Shown here: in pieces, positions 48,111 to 61,026 of the stretch
Position numbering within the stretch: the first letter of the stretch is position 1
Layout: each line of letters starts with the position of its first letter
DNA from: Takakia lepidozioides
Lineage: Eukaryota > Plantae > Bryophyta
Direction: 5' to 3'
Length of the DNA: 64,000 nucleotides
Assembly: GCA_030704615.1 (NCBI GenBank)
Contig: CM060733.1
Location: 66,712,001-66,776,000, forward strand
Program-made: the position numbers and the translations under genes
The notes under the pieces: generated by a model
What the model saw: the letters and a program-made list of their open reading frames with translations, nothing else
Database searches by the model: none
Told to the model about the DNA's origin: nothing

Positions 48111-50657
48111 GCAAGTCCCGAACAAACCGAAAACCCTACACAATTGGATTTACTTAACACTTGTATAATGATATAACTCCACCTAGTGTCACCTTGTGTT
48201 TTGTGTAACTTCTCTTGGTCCATTTTATACTTAGTCAAATTTCGAGACCAAGTGTGAGTTATGCCAACTAGAGTTACACTCCCTTCCATGTAATCAAATG
48301 TCACCCTAACTGGAGTTACACTCCCTTCAACTCTTGAAAGAGGGTGGGAAAGATTTGACATGCCAGAAACTAATCATAAACCGATATATTTACTGTCTAT
48401 CATATTATCATTCTTTTTAATAAGAACTTATATTTTGTAATTAGACATGTAAGGGTGGAGCCATTGCACGACTAGCCGCTTGTTCACACAATGGTAACTA
48501 TCAGCGATCTTCATACCTTATAACGACCTGTGTTATGGAGCTGTAAAACTTCTGTTGGAAGACTGGACATTCGCACCTACCTTTCTGATCCATGAGTCTC
48601 CGTTAGTCTCTCTCCTATCTGTCTGGGATGAAGAAGAGAGGAGATAAGATAAAGATAAAGATTCTTTAACGTCCAGTGAATTTACAGAGCCTACTGCTCA
48701 ACACACATGCCATCGAGGGCCCAATGGACGGTCTGAAGGCACATGTTGAAGGATTGAACCCAGGATCACCTAGGTTATGCACAGGCAAGGCACAAACACC
48801 CAACCAGTGGGCTACCTGCTCAAGTACAGATGACAGAATGTAGCATGTACTACTGCAGGCCCTGCAACTAGCTGAACACCAAAGCAACCAGTCAGAGTAG
48901 AAAGCGAACTGATATATTTTTCTGAAATGGATAAGTAGAAACAGACAGTGTTACCTGTGCCAAGTTCTGCTGCTGCTGGTACATGACGACCTTTGGAAAT
49001 GCACAGGGAAGATTCCCTTTGTTGGCATAGATATTTGCTGCACTAGTAATGGCACTGCCTTTGTCCCTTGCTGCCAACTGGGATATATTCGCTTCTGCAA
49101 AGAATAAACCCTTCCTAAGTGAGAAAGATGTACATGTCTCGTGTATTTGAGATTTCTCAAAATGTATGTGACAAATTCCTTACAAACTTGTCATAAAGAT
49201 GGTCATATACTCTGCTCGCATGTAGAAGCTGCCGGAGTGTAAAAAAAGGTTGATGGGGAAAATTTCACAGGAGAATACCTGGAAAGGATGCCCTTTTAGT
49301 ACTTTGACCAGATTTTGCCTCCATCATTGGGACTACTTCGTTCATAATCTTGCCAGTCGTTGGATCTCTTCTTGCTGTCTCCCCGCTTATCACCATTTTG
49401 GAACTCTCTCTCTCCACGGAAATGGTAAGCCCCTTTCCCAAAGATAGCTTTGCATTGAGACTTTGCCATGGTTCTCTACGGATAGAGTTTGGTGGACCAT
49501 CAATCCTCCCACTAGTGCTTGAGCTGTCCACATCTGCACTCCTTGACATCTCTGAAGCTCCCATCTTGTTGCCTTCCTCGGAAACTGCTCAAGATTATGA
49601 GGACCGCCAGTGTGAAAGTGCTCTCTCTCTCATATACAGTCGCCATTCTCGAATCAGATTAGTACTACAGGCAGAACAGACGGTCACCATTGGGGATGCA
49701 GTGACTACAGACTCATTACCCCGCAGCATGAGAGCAGTAAACAACAACGGGAGAGGTACAGGGAGAAGGATCCCCATGCCTTCCGTCTGCTCCCTCAATC
49801 TCTGGACACAAAAGACACCCGCAGCCGTGTGAGAGATTAATGGAAGACTATGACACCCTCTTCTCTGAAACGCGGACACCATCTGCAAAGGAGGTCAGCC
49901 GCTTCATCGGGAAACGAAATTCCATACAACATGGCGCACTCATCCACAAATCACCAACGCTCCCGCTGTAAATTACTCCACGTCTCGCAAACATGTAGCG
50001 AGTAGAAGAGCTTCTGACCGTGAGAGCCGTGGAGGCGGATATTTGAGCTGCGCGTGGGCCTCCCGACAGAGGCTCGTATGCCTGTGGGGTTATTGGGGCA
50101 GGTCAAAAAACTGCATTCGTGTGGGCAGGAGCGTCTGAAGAAGGCAGTGCAATATGCCTACCGCGACCGAACATGCGTGGCCTCTGGATTCAACGCATCA
50201 ATGCTCCTTCTCACTGTTCCTCTCCATCATGGGCCCAATGGACTCATTTCAAGGTGTGGTAGTATATGTCCTTGAGGGCAGAGGATACTATAACTCTCCT
50301 GGAGCCTATCGGTGGGTTTAATAACCAGGGTATTGGAACTTAGACCGGGATCGCCATAGCGTTAGGAACCCGGCAATTTCTTATCTCTTCTCCTTAGCGG
50401 AAGCTCTCACGTCATGCGCCAGGGCCTTTGGATTGAGAGCGGGTCAAATCCCCGTTTGGTGAAAGCACACGGAGCTGGCATACAATGTCTAGCACAGCCT
50501 GGTGCCGGAGCGAATATCGATGTATGCCATGGAGCTCCAAGTGAACAACATAACAGGTACTGTTTTGTTTTTATGGTTTTCACTCAAACTGCTACAAATT
50601 GAAGTTGTTACATATGTATGACGGTTGTTTTTTCTGCGAGTTTGAGTATCCCGTCTA

Positions 50658-53600
50658 GGGAATTCCAAATAGGCCTTGATGTGAAATGCAGCGCAATTCA
50701 CTTGATCAGATGCCAATTCAATTGAATTGCGATGCCAATTCAATTGAACTAACCCTAATTTGCAATTCAATTGAATTGTAATCTATAATTTTTAACGCAG
50801 TTTTGTATATAATATATATAATATATTATCATGTGTATGTATATGTATATGTATCGTATACACATATACATACGAGAGTATAAGATGAATATACATGCTG
50901 GCCCGTCTATTCCTGCTGCCCGTCCATCCTTTGCTTGTGGTAAGGCCTAAGTCACGACATGAGTCGCGTACACTAAAGGAGAGATATATACTACAAATAT
51001 ATACTAGTCGAGGTATCGTCATTAGGTTGTAGCCCTGTTTGATATATCTACAGAGGTATAGTATTTCATTTTACAAGAAAAGTTGGCCAAATTAATCTAT
51101 ATTTATGCGGAGGTATCGTCATGAGACAGTAGCCTTGTTTAGTATACCACCAGAGGTATAGCGCATGACTTACAAAGAAACCTGGTCAAATCAGCCTATA
51201 TGCAGGTTGAGGTATCGTTATGAGGTAGTTGCCCTGTTTAGTATACCTACAGAGGGATTGGCAACGTACGCATTCTTATCTCTGTTTTTATCCCAGTCCT
51301 CGCTTGTTAGATTCTACGGCTGTTCATCGCGTAGCACTTGGCTACATGATGTCTATTGTTTTTGGTTTACTCAATAAGAAGAGTGGGATAGAAATGTCAA
51401 GTGAGTTTTTCATGGTACGTGTCATGGTTGGGTGGACAGGAAGAGGCCAAGGAAGAGGCAGCAGCAGAGCTGACACATTTGATAAGGCAACCGTGTCCAT
51501 CCTGAGTATGAATGATGCTGCACCCTCGGAAATACAAGATGCTTCAAGTAAGTTCAAAGAGCTTTCTTCTCTTTCTGGTGTGCTGGATATGTATGCGGAG
51601 GACAACTATGGCAGAAGAGAGTACAAGAGATCCTCAAGGACCTCGACCTGTATCCGCAAGGCTTGACCCTGCTGGATAAGTCTGACTTAGAGGCTCTTGT
51701 GTCCTCAGCCATGTCTGTTGCCATGAGATTGTCTGATGAAAATGAAGTTAGGCAGAAAACTTCCCTGAACTTGTTTCCAGTCTGTGACATGGGGGAGGAC
51801 ATCTTGGATGACCTCAAGGATAAGAGTAGGTGTGAAAGTTACTTGACAAGCTTTTGTGCAAATTGTAACAATAGTCAGGGTTTACTGTGGGTACAGGGAA
51901 GCTACATGCACCACTCGTGACAAGGTACATATCTAAATCAATCTGAGACATGCTTATTTCAGATGTGGTGTTCAGCATGGTTAACAATGTTAGGAAATGA
52001 GTTTAGGGAGTTGGTTGGCTTCATTTTGTTTCTGCTGTCATTTCCATTGGAAGGGTGTGACTTGAACCTTGCTAGCCAGCAACATGTGTTTGCAGTGCTT
52101 GTATTCTTTGAAAATGTGAGCAAGAAGGCCCTAACTGGTAAACTAGTCTGTGAGCAAAACACATGAAGAACAATTGGAGTGAAGGGGTTACTGTTTGTGT
52201 CATGGCTGGTCTGTAATGCTTGGAATTAAGTTTAGGTTGATGGTCAGTGTGACTGTTGAGTGTTTATTGTCTCCGCAATATTAGGTTGCTGGCCAATCTG
52301 CTAAAAATAGAGCCACATCTGAAGAGCTTGCATGCAGCAGTAGACAACTTCAGGGTGTGTTCTCTGCCCTATAACAACATTGTCTTTTTGTGAAGATAGG
52401 AATAGGGGTCCAGTGCTACGAGCTCGGAGCACTGAGCTTTTCAAACAACATTGTTTTTTCCAGGAGATAGGAAGGTATCTAAACATGGGAAGATCCAACA
52501 TAACAGGGAAGCGTATCAAAGTGAAGTCAAGACGTCATGAAGCCCCTTCATCTTGCGTTGTGTCTGTTGTAGCAAACAGTGACGTCGTACCAACTCCTGT
52601 TACCTCGACAGAGCCGGCGCGTACAGGAGGAGGGCAAGGAGTGCTAGGAGGGCAAGGAAGTAAGTTCATGCTTATTTACAACTCTTGGGACTCCTAGGGG
52701 ATTCCTAGTTTCAAGTACATTTTCATTCTTTTATTGCTTGGATTGTATGCAACGTCTTTACTTCCACAGAGGTATTAAAAGGTGTCTTTTCTGTACAGAG
52801 GTATGTGCATTATGTGCAGGATAGGTGTAGTGCTAAACACAGAAGTATAATAGATGCCTAGAGACAAATATCTTTACAAAGGTATCATCATGTAGGTGAA
52901 TCTCCATTTCTAAAACCCTGGTATGCCTAATTTCACACATCCACTATCTATGTTATTTAGGTGGTTCGTTTGCACAAAAGGGGGTGCACTACAAATGGGA
53001 GAATGGACATTGGTTTTGTTTGATCTGCGGCGAAGGACCTTCCATGGGTTGGAAGGACAAACATAACTTCCAAAACCACCTTGTGGTCTCCTCGGAGGAT
53101 GAAGAAGGGACAAACAATGATGGAGGAGATGAGGGAGAGGAGGAAGAAACAGATGACGACGATGCAGATGAGGAGGAGGAGGAGGAGGAGGAGGAGCATG
53201 ATGATGATGAAGAGGAAGGAATGTAGAACAAATCGAATCAGGGCCTCTTTTTTGGCTACCTTCACCTTGTAAGTATGGAGAAAATTCTGAGACTTGTTTG
53301 TGTGTTTCTTCTTACTCTCTTTTTGACATTCTAGTTGCCTAAGAAAAGTGCCCAAATAATGGTACAAAGATACGGACTACACTACTCCATTGTAGGGAGG
53401 CTATGTCGCTATTGTCCTACCAAGAGGAATGTGGTTTGCAGGCTGTGTAGGCGCCGGGTGGTTTTCCTAGCCTCAACTATAGCTCCCAGGAACCTTTGCT
53501 AAATGGGTGCATACAACATAAAAGTTGTAGGCCGAGGCTATGTACATATTTTGAGGCTGTGGATACAGTGACTGCTTTAGGATTAAGCATGTAAATGGGT

Positions 53601-56114
53601 ACATTGGGAGTCCAATTCACTTACTCTTTGGCCATGTTGCTGATCTGGTGCTTGTGCATTTGTAGGATTTTAAGCAGAAGTATCCAGACGTGATTGTGCC
53701 AAACCCACTAGAAGCCATTCAACAGCTGCGAAACAGGCAGTCGATGCTTCAGGATGTGGCCAATCTAGACCTTTGTGACTATGTGGTTGGTTTAAGGCCA
53801 GTACACAGTGCCTTCAACCAGCTCTTATATCTATTTGACCTGGAGTTTCGGTTTAGGGGCATCAATTTAATCAATTTTACTCACACTGAGAACCAAATTT
53901 TGAGTAACCAGTCATATTGCAGACTTAAGTTAATTTAAATCTCAGTGATTGAGTGAGTGAGTCCACGGCAATGCCTGGATACATGAGAAGTTGACCTGCA
54001 TTTTGTTGTTTACCATTTCTTGCAACTTTTGGAATTTGAATATAGTCCTAGACGACCATCCAATCTGCTTCCTTCTTTTCATAGCCCCGTGTTTTCATTT
54101 TGCTCGTGTTGTTTGCAATCTGAGTATCCCGCAACAAAGAGGAAGATTTAAAGAACTTAGTTGATGAATTATGTTCTGCATGATTCCCACATCTGAGGAA
54201 CAACGGAATCACCAGTCATGAAGCAGGTTAGAGGTCTGCTACAAGTGGTCACTTGCATATGGGCTAATATGGACTTGGTAGTGATCTTCCTGTGCAGACC
54301 GTTGTCCATGTGCTTTTCAATCAATCTGCGGTTCCAGTACAAAAGAATGTAGAGGTATTGACCACAAGGGGAAGCAATATAACTTGGCATAGGGGCCGAT
54401 ATGGACTTGACATTGATCTTCCATGTGCACACCTCTCTCCATGTGCTGCTCATCCACCACTCTACCCACTGCCTGCGTATCGCTGGTTTGACTAAGTGAC
54501 TGGTCACTAGATCACCAGTCACACCTTCATAGGAGTGGGCATGTGGCTTGCAAGTGTTGGGCTGCCAATAACAAACCTACTACAACGTTGCACTACAACC
54601 ATAATTTCATCACTATTGTAGAACTCAGCATTCATGCTCTCGATTCCCACTCCAGCCTTTCAAATTCCTCAACTTCCATTCAGCATCCCATGAACCCCAC
54701 ATGCAGCCCGAGTGTTATTACAAGCACGTTATGTGCTTTTGTAAATACTGTTGTTGGAATGAGGCAAAGCCCTCAAACCTTGGCCAAATGTTTATGCAAA
54801 CCTCCTTAAACTGCTTGTGAGCTAAATGGGTTTGATGTGCATGCCAGGGCTAGCTCCATCTCATTTTTTGGGGGACCCTTTGGGAGACAGATGGCTTACT
54901 CAGAAGTGCTTCAGCTTCCTCTGATTCACTGGCAAAAGATATATGGCTACCTTTGAAAGAAACAAACAATTTCAAACCTCACAATTGATGAATGGCTTCC
55001 CCTGCATCATCATGTACTCCCCTGGCACTAGTATCTGGCCCCCATGACACAACCCCAGAGAAAACAAAAGACATGTTCATTTCGAGAATTATCTCCAATA
55101 ATCTTGTTTCGATACCCTTGCAAAGGTATCATGTTGCAATTGGGCTGTGTGTTCGATAGAGAGTTTAATATATCAACTCTTAGACGTTGATACTCTTACA
55201 GTGGTATCATGTTTGGTATATGTACATAGCCATATATTGGCACTATAAGGGCTTGGCAGTATGAAATTGGTTAGTGTCTCAAGGTGCAGATGAAACATGC
55301 TAACATATTTAGATTGTAAGCAACACCCACCAGTCAAACTCATCCTCAGAAGAGATTGATACACAAAAATTTCTCAGGGTCGTTGGTGCGCAGGCTATCC
55401 TAAAATGTATTAGCAAACCACAGTACACAGTGTGGGCAGGTTGAAGACAAACCATGTGATCAAGCTCTTTCTTTCAGTGTATGTGTTGAGGAGCGTTTGG
55501 TAACCCACTCTATTACCCCTAAAGTTCTCTCCTCAAAACTCATGAGTCACCTGCACGTACACAAGAACTACAGCTTTAGCTAAAATGATATCTTTATCAA
55601 TGATTGGGGAAACTCATGCCAATATGGGAATGTGCTTACTCATGGGCAGATCTTGTCATTTGGTGATCCAAGAAGGCTTCCATCATACATAGCGCCACCA
55701 CCGCTCAACCCTAAACTTGTTGTTGCATTCTTCTCTCGTTACTTCTCGTCCTCCAACTGATTTGATCCTTTCACTTTTAGGGCACCTCTGCCCTAAAAAG
55801 CCTCCTTACCACAAGCAAAGGATGGACGGGCAGCAGGAATAGACGGGCCAGCATGTATATTCATCTTATACTCTCGTATGTATATGTGTATATGATACAT
55901 ATACATATACATACACATGATAATATATTATATATATTATATACAAAACTGCGTTAAAAATTATAGATTACAATTCAATTGAACTGCAGTCAGCAATTCA
56001 ATTGAATTGCAAATTAGGGTTAGTTCAATTGAATTGGCATCGCAATTCAATTGAATTGGCATCTGATCAAGTGAATTGCGCTGCATTTCACATCAAGGCC
56101 TATTTGGAATTCCC
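50658..56114. mobile_element. Mutator-like element with ~290-bp TIRs and degenerate internal coding remnants
   Basis: 50658-50945 is nearly the exact reverse complement of 55804-56114. The flanking direct repeat TATCCCGTCTA (50647-57, 56115-25) is a TSD of 9-11 bp depending on where the ends are placed. Confidence 0.9.
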
Positions 56115-56152
56115 TATCCCGTCTAGTAATTAGGATTTTTTAGTCCTGCAGG

Positions 56153-58469
56153 ATGGCAAGGTTGAATCGGGAAGAGTCGTATGTCGGACAGCAGACTGGC
56201 GGAAGGGGTAGCACCTCCACCACCGCCACTTCTTTCGAAAAAGAGGGAGTCAACAGAAAATTTTCTGCCTCTTTTCGGGAGGTGAGGACACTATGTAAGG
56301 CAGGACGATTGAAAGAGGCGCTGCACGTCTTGAACCAAACAGGCATTCCAGCTGACTCCAATACTTATGTCTGTCTTCTGAAGGAGTGCATCAATATGCA
56401 AAGCCTGGCTGAGGGAAAGAAGGTGCACGCCCACATTAAGCAGAGTGGATTCAGGCCAAACATCTTTGTGCTCAACAACCTTCTCAACATGTATGCCAAG
56501 TGTGGAAGTGTGGTGGCTGCACGTGCAGTGTTTGACAAAATTCCTGAACGAGATAAATTTACATGGACTGTAATGGTGGCAGGATATGCTAGGCACGGCT
56601 GTGGTAGGGAGGCTTTCAAGATCTATGAGCAAATGCAACACGAAGGGGTGATGCCCAATAGGGTCGCCTTCATTTGCATTCTCAAGGCATGTGGCAGCCT
56701 ACGAGCCCTTCAAGAGGGCAAACAGGTCCATTCTGACATCATCAAAGCTGGAATCGCCCCAGATATCATTCTGGAGACTGCCCCTGCCGATATGTATGCC
56801 AAATGCTGGAGCATGAAGGATGCACGCCACGTGTTTGACAATATGGCTCAAAGAAATGTTGTTTCTTGGAGTGCAATGATTGCAGGGTATGCCCAGCAAG
56901 GGTGTAGTAGAGAGGCTTTTGAGATCTATGAGGAAATGCAACTGTTTGCGTACTCAATGCATGTGCCAGGCTAGGAGCACTGGAGAAGGGCAAGGAGGTC
57001 CATGTGGACCTTGGCAAAGCTGGAATCCCCTTATGTGCAAGCTTGGAGAATGCCCTTGTGGATATGTATTCCCAATGAGCACATCAAGTGTTTGACCATA
57101 TGGCTCAACGAGATGTAATCTCATGGAACTCCATGATGGGAGGATGTGCTCAGCAGGGGCTTGGTAGCAAGGTTTTCGAGATGTACGAGCAGATGCAATG
57201 GGAAGGGGTGACACCTGGCAAGGTCACATTCATTTGCATTCTGAATGCCTGTGCCAGCCTTGGGAGCCTGGATAAGAGCAAAGAGATCCATACTGACATC
57301 ATCAAAGGTGGGCTTGTGCCAGATATTATGCTGGAGACTGCCCTTGCTCATGTGTATGCCAAATGTGGGAGCATGACAGATGCACGGCAAGTGTTTGGCA
57401 ATTTGGCCTATCGAAATGTGGTCTCATGGAGTGTGATGATTACAGGATATGCTCAGCATGGGTGTGGTAGGGAGGCTTTGAAAATCTATGACCAAATGCA
57501 ATGGGAAGGGATGCAATGGGAAGGGGTCATGCCTGACAAGGTCACGTTTGTTTTTGTTGTTAATGCGTGTGCCAGCCTAGGAGCACTGGAAAAGGGCAAA
57601 GAGGTCCATGCCGACATCAGGAAGGCTGGAGTTACGTCATACATTAGTTTGGAGAATAGCCTTGTTAAATGTATGCCAATTGCGGGAGCATAAAGGATGC
57701 TCGTCAGGTGTTTGACAATGCGGTTCAACGAGATGTAGTCTCTTGGAATGCCATGATTGCAGCGTATGCTCGAGGCTGGCATGGTGGACCTTCTTGGCCG
57801 TGCAGGGCGATTGGACGAGGCAGAGGATTTCATCAACAGAATGCCAATTGAACCAGGTGCTCCGGTCTAGGGGGCCTTGCTTAGTGCTTTTAGAATTCAT
57901 GGGAATTTGGGGTGGCTGAATGGGCGGCAAAATGCCTTCTCAAGTGGGACCCCCAAGATGCAGGAATTTATGTGCTGGTGTCAAACATCTATGCTGCAGC
58001 TGGCAGGTGGGATGACAAAGCGAAAGTGAGGAAAATGATGGAGGACGGAGGCGCCAGAAAGGAGCCAGGACACAGCTGGATTGAAGTGGACAACCAGGTT
58101 CATACATTTTTTGTTGAAGACCAGTTTCACCCAGAAAGTGAAGAAATCATGCTCAGCTGCAGAGACTGTCTGAGCCGATGAAGGAGGCTGGATATGTGCC
58201 TGACAACCGCTTTGTGTTGCATGATGTGGAGGGGGAGCAGAAGGGGATTTCTCTTGTCCACCACAGTGAGAAGCTGGCCATTGCTTTTGGGCTGATCAGG
58301 ACACCCCCTGGGACGCCAATCCGCATCATCAAGAACCTACGGGTGCGGTGACTGCCACACTGCAACCAAATTCATCTCAAAGATTGTTGCACAAACAATT
58401 GTTATGCGGGATGCCAAACGCTTTCACCACCTCTAAGATGGGGTTTGTTCTTGTGGGGATTACTGGTGA
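56153..58469 (+). pseudogene. PLS-class PPR protein with E/E+/DYW domains (organellar RNA-editing factor), disrupted
   Basis: Repeated MYAKCGS..ARxVFD..R.VVSW..M..GYA motifs, YVLVSNIYAAAGRW, KEPGHSWIEV, HSEKLAIAFGL, frameshifted LRVCGDCH, and CSCGDYW* at 58469. Multiple frameshifts, stops and internal deletions. Confidence 0.93.
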
Positions 58470-58477
58470 AACAAGCC

Positions 58478-59290
58478 TATGTATGCAAAACGTGGCAGTA
58501 TAAACCATGCACGTCAAGTGTTCAACAATATAGCTAAATGAGATGTGGTGTCATGGAGTGCAATGATCACAGGATATGCTTGGCATGGAGTGCAGGGTGG
58601 AGACATATGAGCAAATGATGCACGAGGGGGTGACACCCAACCAGGTTACGTTCAATTGCGTTTGCAATTCATGTGCGAGCCTGGCAGCCCTGAAAAAAGG
58701 GCAAAAAGGTTCATTGTGACACAACGAATGTTGGAATTGTATCAGATGTCATTCTTGACACTGCCTTCATGGACATGTATTCCAAATGCAGGAGCATCTA
58801 CAATGGAAAGGGAATGTTCAACTTGAAGGAAATGAAAATGGACCAGCCAATCAAGAAAGATCTTTTCACAGCCAAAAGATTTCTGGCCCACAAGTAAGGC
58901 TCATCAAAAGATTTGAAGTCAAGTGCATCACGTCATTGAGACTTTCTACTTGTTGTAGGGAGGCTCGGCAACTCTCACATGTGTTCTCTCTGCATGTAGC
59001 TACATTGGTTTAGTGGATGAAGGCAGATACTACTTCAATTTCCTAAGTCAAGATCATGGCCTCACTGCTACAGTGGAGACTTTGGCTGCATGGTTGGTGA
59101 TTTGATGAGGCAAAAGGATTTGATCAACAAAATGCCAAGTGAAGCAGGTGCTGTGGTCTGGAGTGCCTTGCTTGGTGCCCACAGAATTAATGGCAGTGTG
59201 GCAGTGGGGAAGGGGAGACAAGTCAATTCTCAACTGGGATCCACAGGAAGATGGCCAGTAAGATCTACTTGAGGCAGGGAATTGGAGTGG
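58478..59290 (+). pseudogene. Further highly degenerate PLS-PPR fragment
   Basis: MYAKRGSINHARQVFNN..VVSWSAMITGYA and INKMPSEAGAVVWSALLGAHRING. Confidence 0.75.
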
Positions 59291-59559
59291 GTGCAACAGG
59301 GTCAGACCTCATTACGTTAGTGGCTCCGTTGCCAGCGACTGCCTGAAGCAGCTAGACAGCATCGACCTTTTGTTTTGAGAGAGAAGACTCCAGTCGAAGC
59401 CGGCGTAACTAAGAGCCACTTCGCCTTGCGGCTACTGCCCTTTTCAGGGGTGAAGCGAAAGGAAGTCCGCATGTGCACAGATGCTGGCCGTGTTCCGCAA
59501 CCGGGCATTCCCTAGTGCCGCTTTTGTAAAAGCAATCAGCACATTGTGCAAATTCAATT

Positions 59560-59923
59560 CCCCTATGCGTGCATATTGCTTTGGCAGGAACTCTTCAGCA
59601 TGGGCATCTGTGTGCACCTGGATACTGAGCTTTGTTGAATGACTTGTTTGTCATTTACAAGGTTATATTAAGACCAAAGTTGCGAACGATGCCACCGATT
59701 GCTGTGATTTTGACAGTGGACACAATTAATAGGAGAAATTGGGGGAATGGAGCTCTAGTGGCAGGTTATAGTTCTTGATTTGTACACTTCAAAAACAAAG
59801 CCCAAGTCCCCTATGCATGCATATTGCTTTGGCAGTAACTCTTAAGCATGGGCATCTGTGTGCACCTGGATACTGAGCTTTGTTGAATGACTTGTTTGTC
59901 ATTGACAAGGTTATATTAAGACC
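59560..59923. repeat. ~115-bp direct duplication
   Basis: CCCTATGC.TGCATATTGCTTTGGCAG...GGTTATATTAAGACCA at ~59560 and ~59808. Confidence 0.8.
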
Positions 59924-60606
59924 ACTGGTTTTGAACTGGTTGGAGATGATCGCGCAGACTTCAGACAGTATAGTATGCAGGTCAGTTCTACGTAATGGAA
60001 GCTCTCATATATCAAACTTCACATCACACGATCCCTTCCTCAACTTTTATTGAGAAGGATCCTGTAACACACCCGCCAGCCTGGCGCGGGCGTTCCCCTC
60101 TGGCACTCCAGGTCCCAACGAGTTAGGATTCACCAATATAAGCCCACGCAAAGAACAACGGAAATATTTGAAGCGTTGTTTATGGTGGAGGAAAGATGCT
60201 CTCTTTCACCTAGGGCTTCACTCAGTAGGCGTGTGAAGATTGATTATGGTGTTCCAGTGGATACATGCCAGCCCTACTTAAATGCTGATTGCTGCATTCC
60301 CCCAGTCCCCTCTGCTTCTGTTTCCTGCCCTTGCAAATTTACTCGTCGCGCTCCAAAGGGCCAACGCCGATTCTGGAATTTGAATTTATACCGCCAGTAT
60401 TTAAACCGTATAGTATACGATACAGTGTATGCCAACATATACTGTCACCCATGTCGCTCGGGGGTGGATTATAGATGAGAAGATATTTCATCCATCGCCT
60501 TCAGATTCGATATATACCATATTGTTTTTAATATTTACCAATGTACCACTGGGATACGATAGACGGATGAATGAATGCGAGGATGGATGGATAGAGGGAA
60601 GGCTTG

Positions 60607-60615
60607 AAACCCTAG
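60607..60615 (+). promoter_or_regulatory. Telo-box (AAACCCTAG) upstream of RPL36
   Basis: Lies ~80 bp before the ATG. Telo-boxes are typical of plant ribosomal-protein genes. Confidence 0.65.
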
Positions 60616-60693
60616 CGGCGAGGAATGGGAGGTTCTTTTTTAGCTCGGTGGAGGAGGTGGCGCAGCAGCGAGGGAGGAAAAGGAAGCTGAGAG

Positions 60694-61026
60694 ATGGCGC
60701 CCAGCGTTGCAGGGACCGGCATCGCGGTAGGGCTCCACAGAGGCCATGCTGTGACCAAGAGGGAGCTTTCCAAGCGCCCATCTTCGAACAAGGGAAAACT
60801 GGGCAAGCGTGTCTCGTTGGTGAGGAAGTTGATCAGGGAGGTCGCTGGATTTGCTCCCTATGAGAAGAGGATCACCGAGCTTCTGAAGGTGGGCAAAGAC
60901 AAGCGTGCCTTGAAGGTCGCTAAGAAGAAATTGGGTACCCACTTGCGCGCCAAGCGCAAGCGCGAGGAGATGACCGTGGTCTTGCGCAAGATGAGGGCAA
61001 CTGGCGGTGGCGAGAAAAAGAAGTGA
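60694..61026 (+). CDS. RPL36: 60S ribosomal protein eL36, intact and intronless CDS
   Basis: 110 aa: [61 protein letters not shown]. Confidence 0.97.
   Translation: MAPSVAGTGIAVGLHRGHAVTKRELSKRPSSNKGKLGKRVSLVRKLIREVAGFAPYEKRITELLKVGKDKRALKVAKKKLGTHLRAKRKREEMTVVLRKMRATGGGEKKK

Noticed and set aside
48480-49960. Possible spliced host gene on the minus strand
   Set aside because: Exon-like composition and splice-like sites are present, but there are many stops and I could not assign a family. A BLASTx search is needed.
50290-50470. tRNA-derived SINE or ncRNA near GCGGGTCAAATCCCC
   Set aside because: Only a weak B-box-like match, with no A-box, tail, TSD or second copy.
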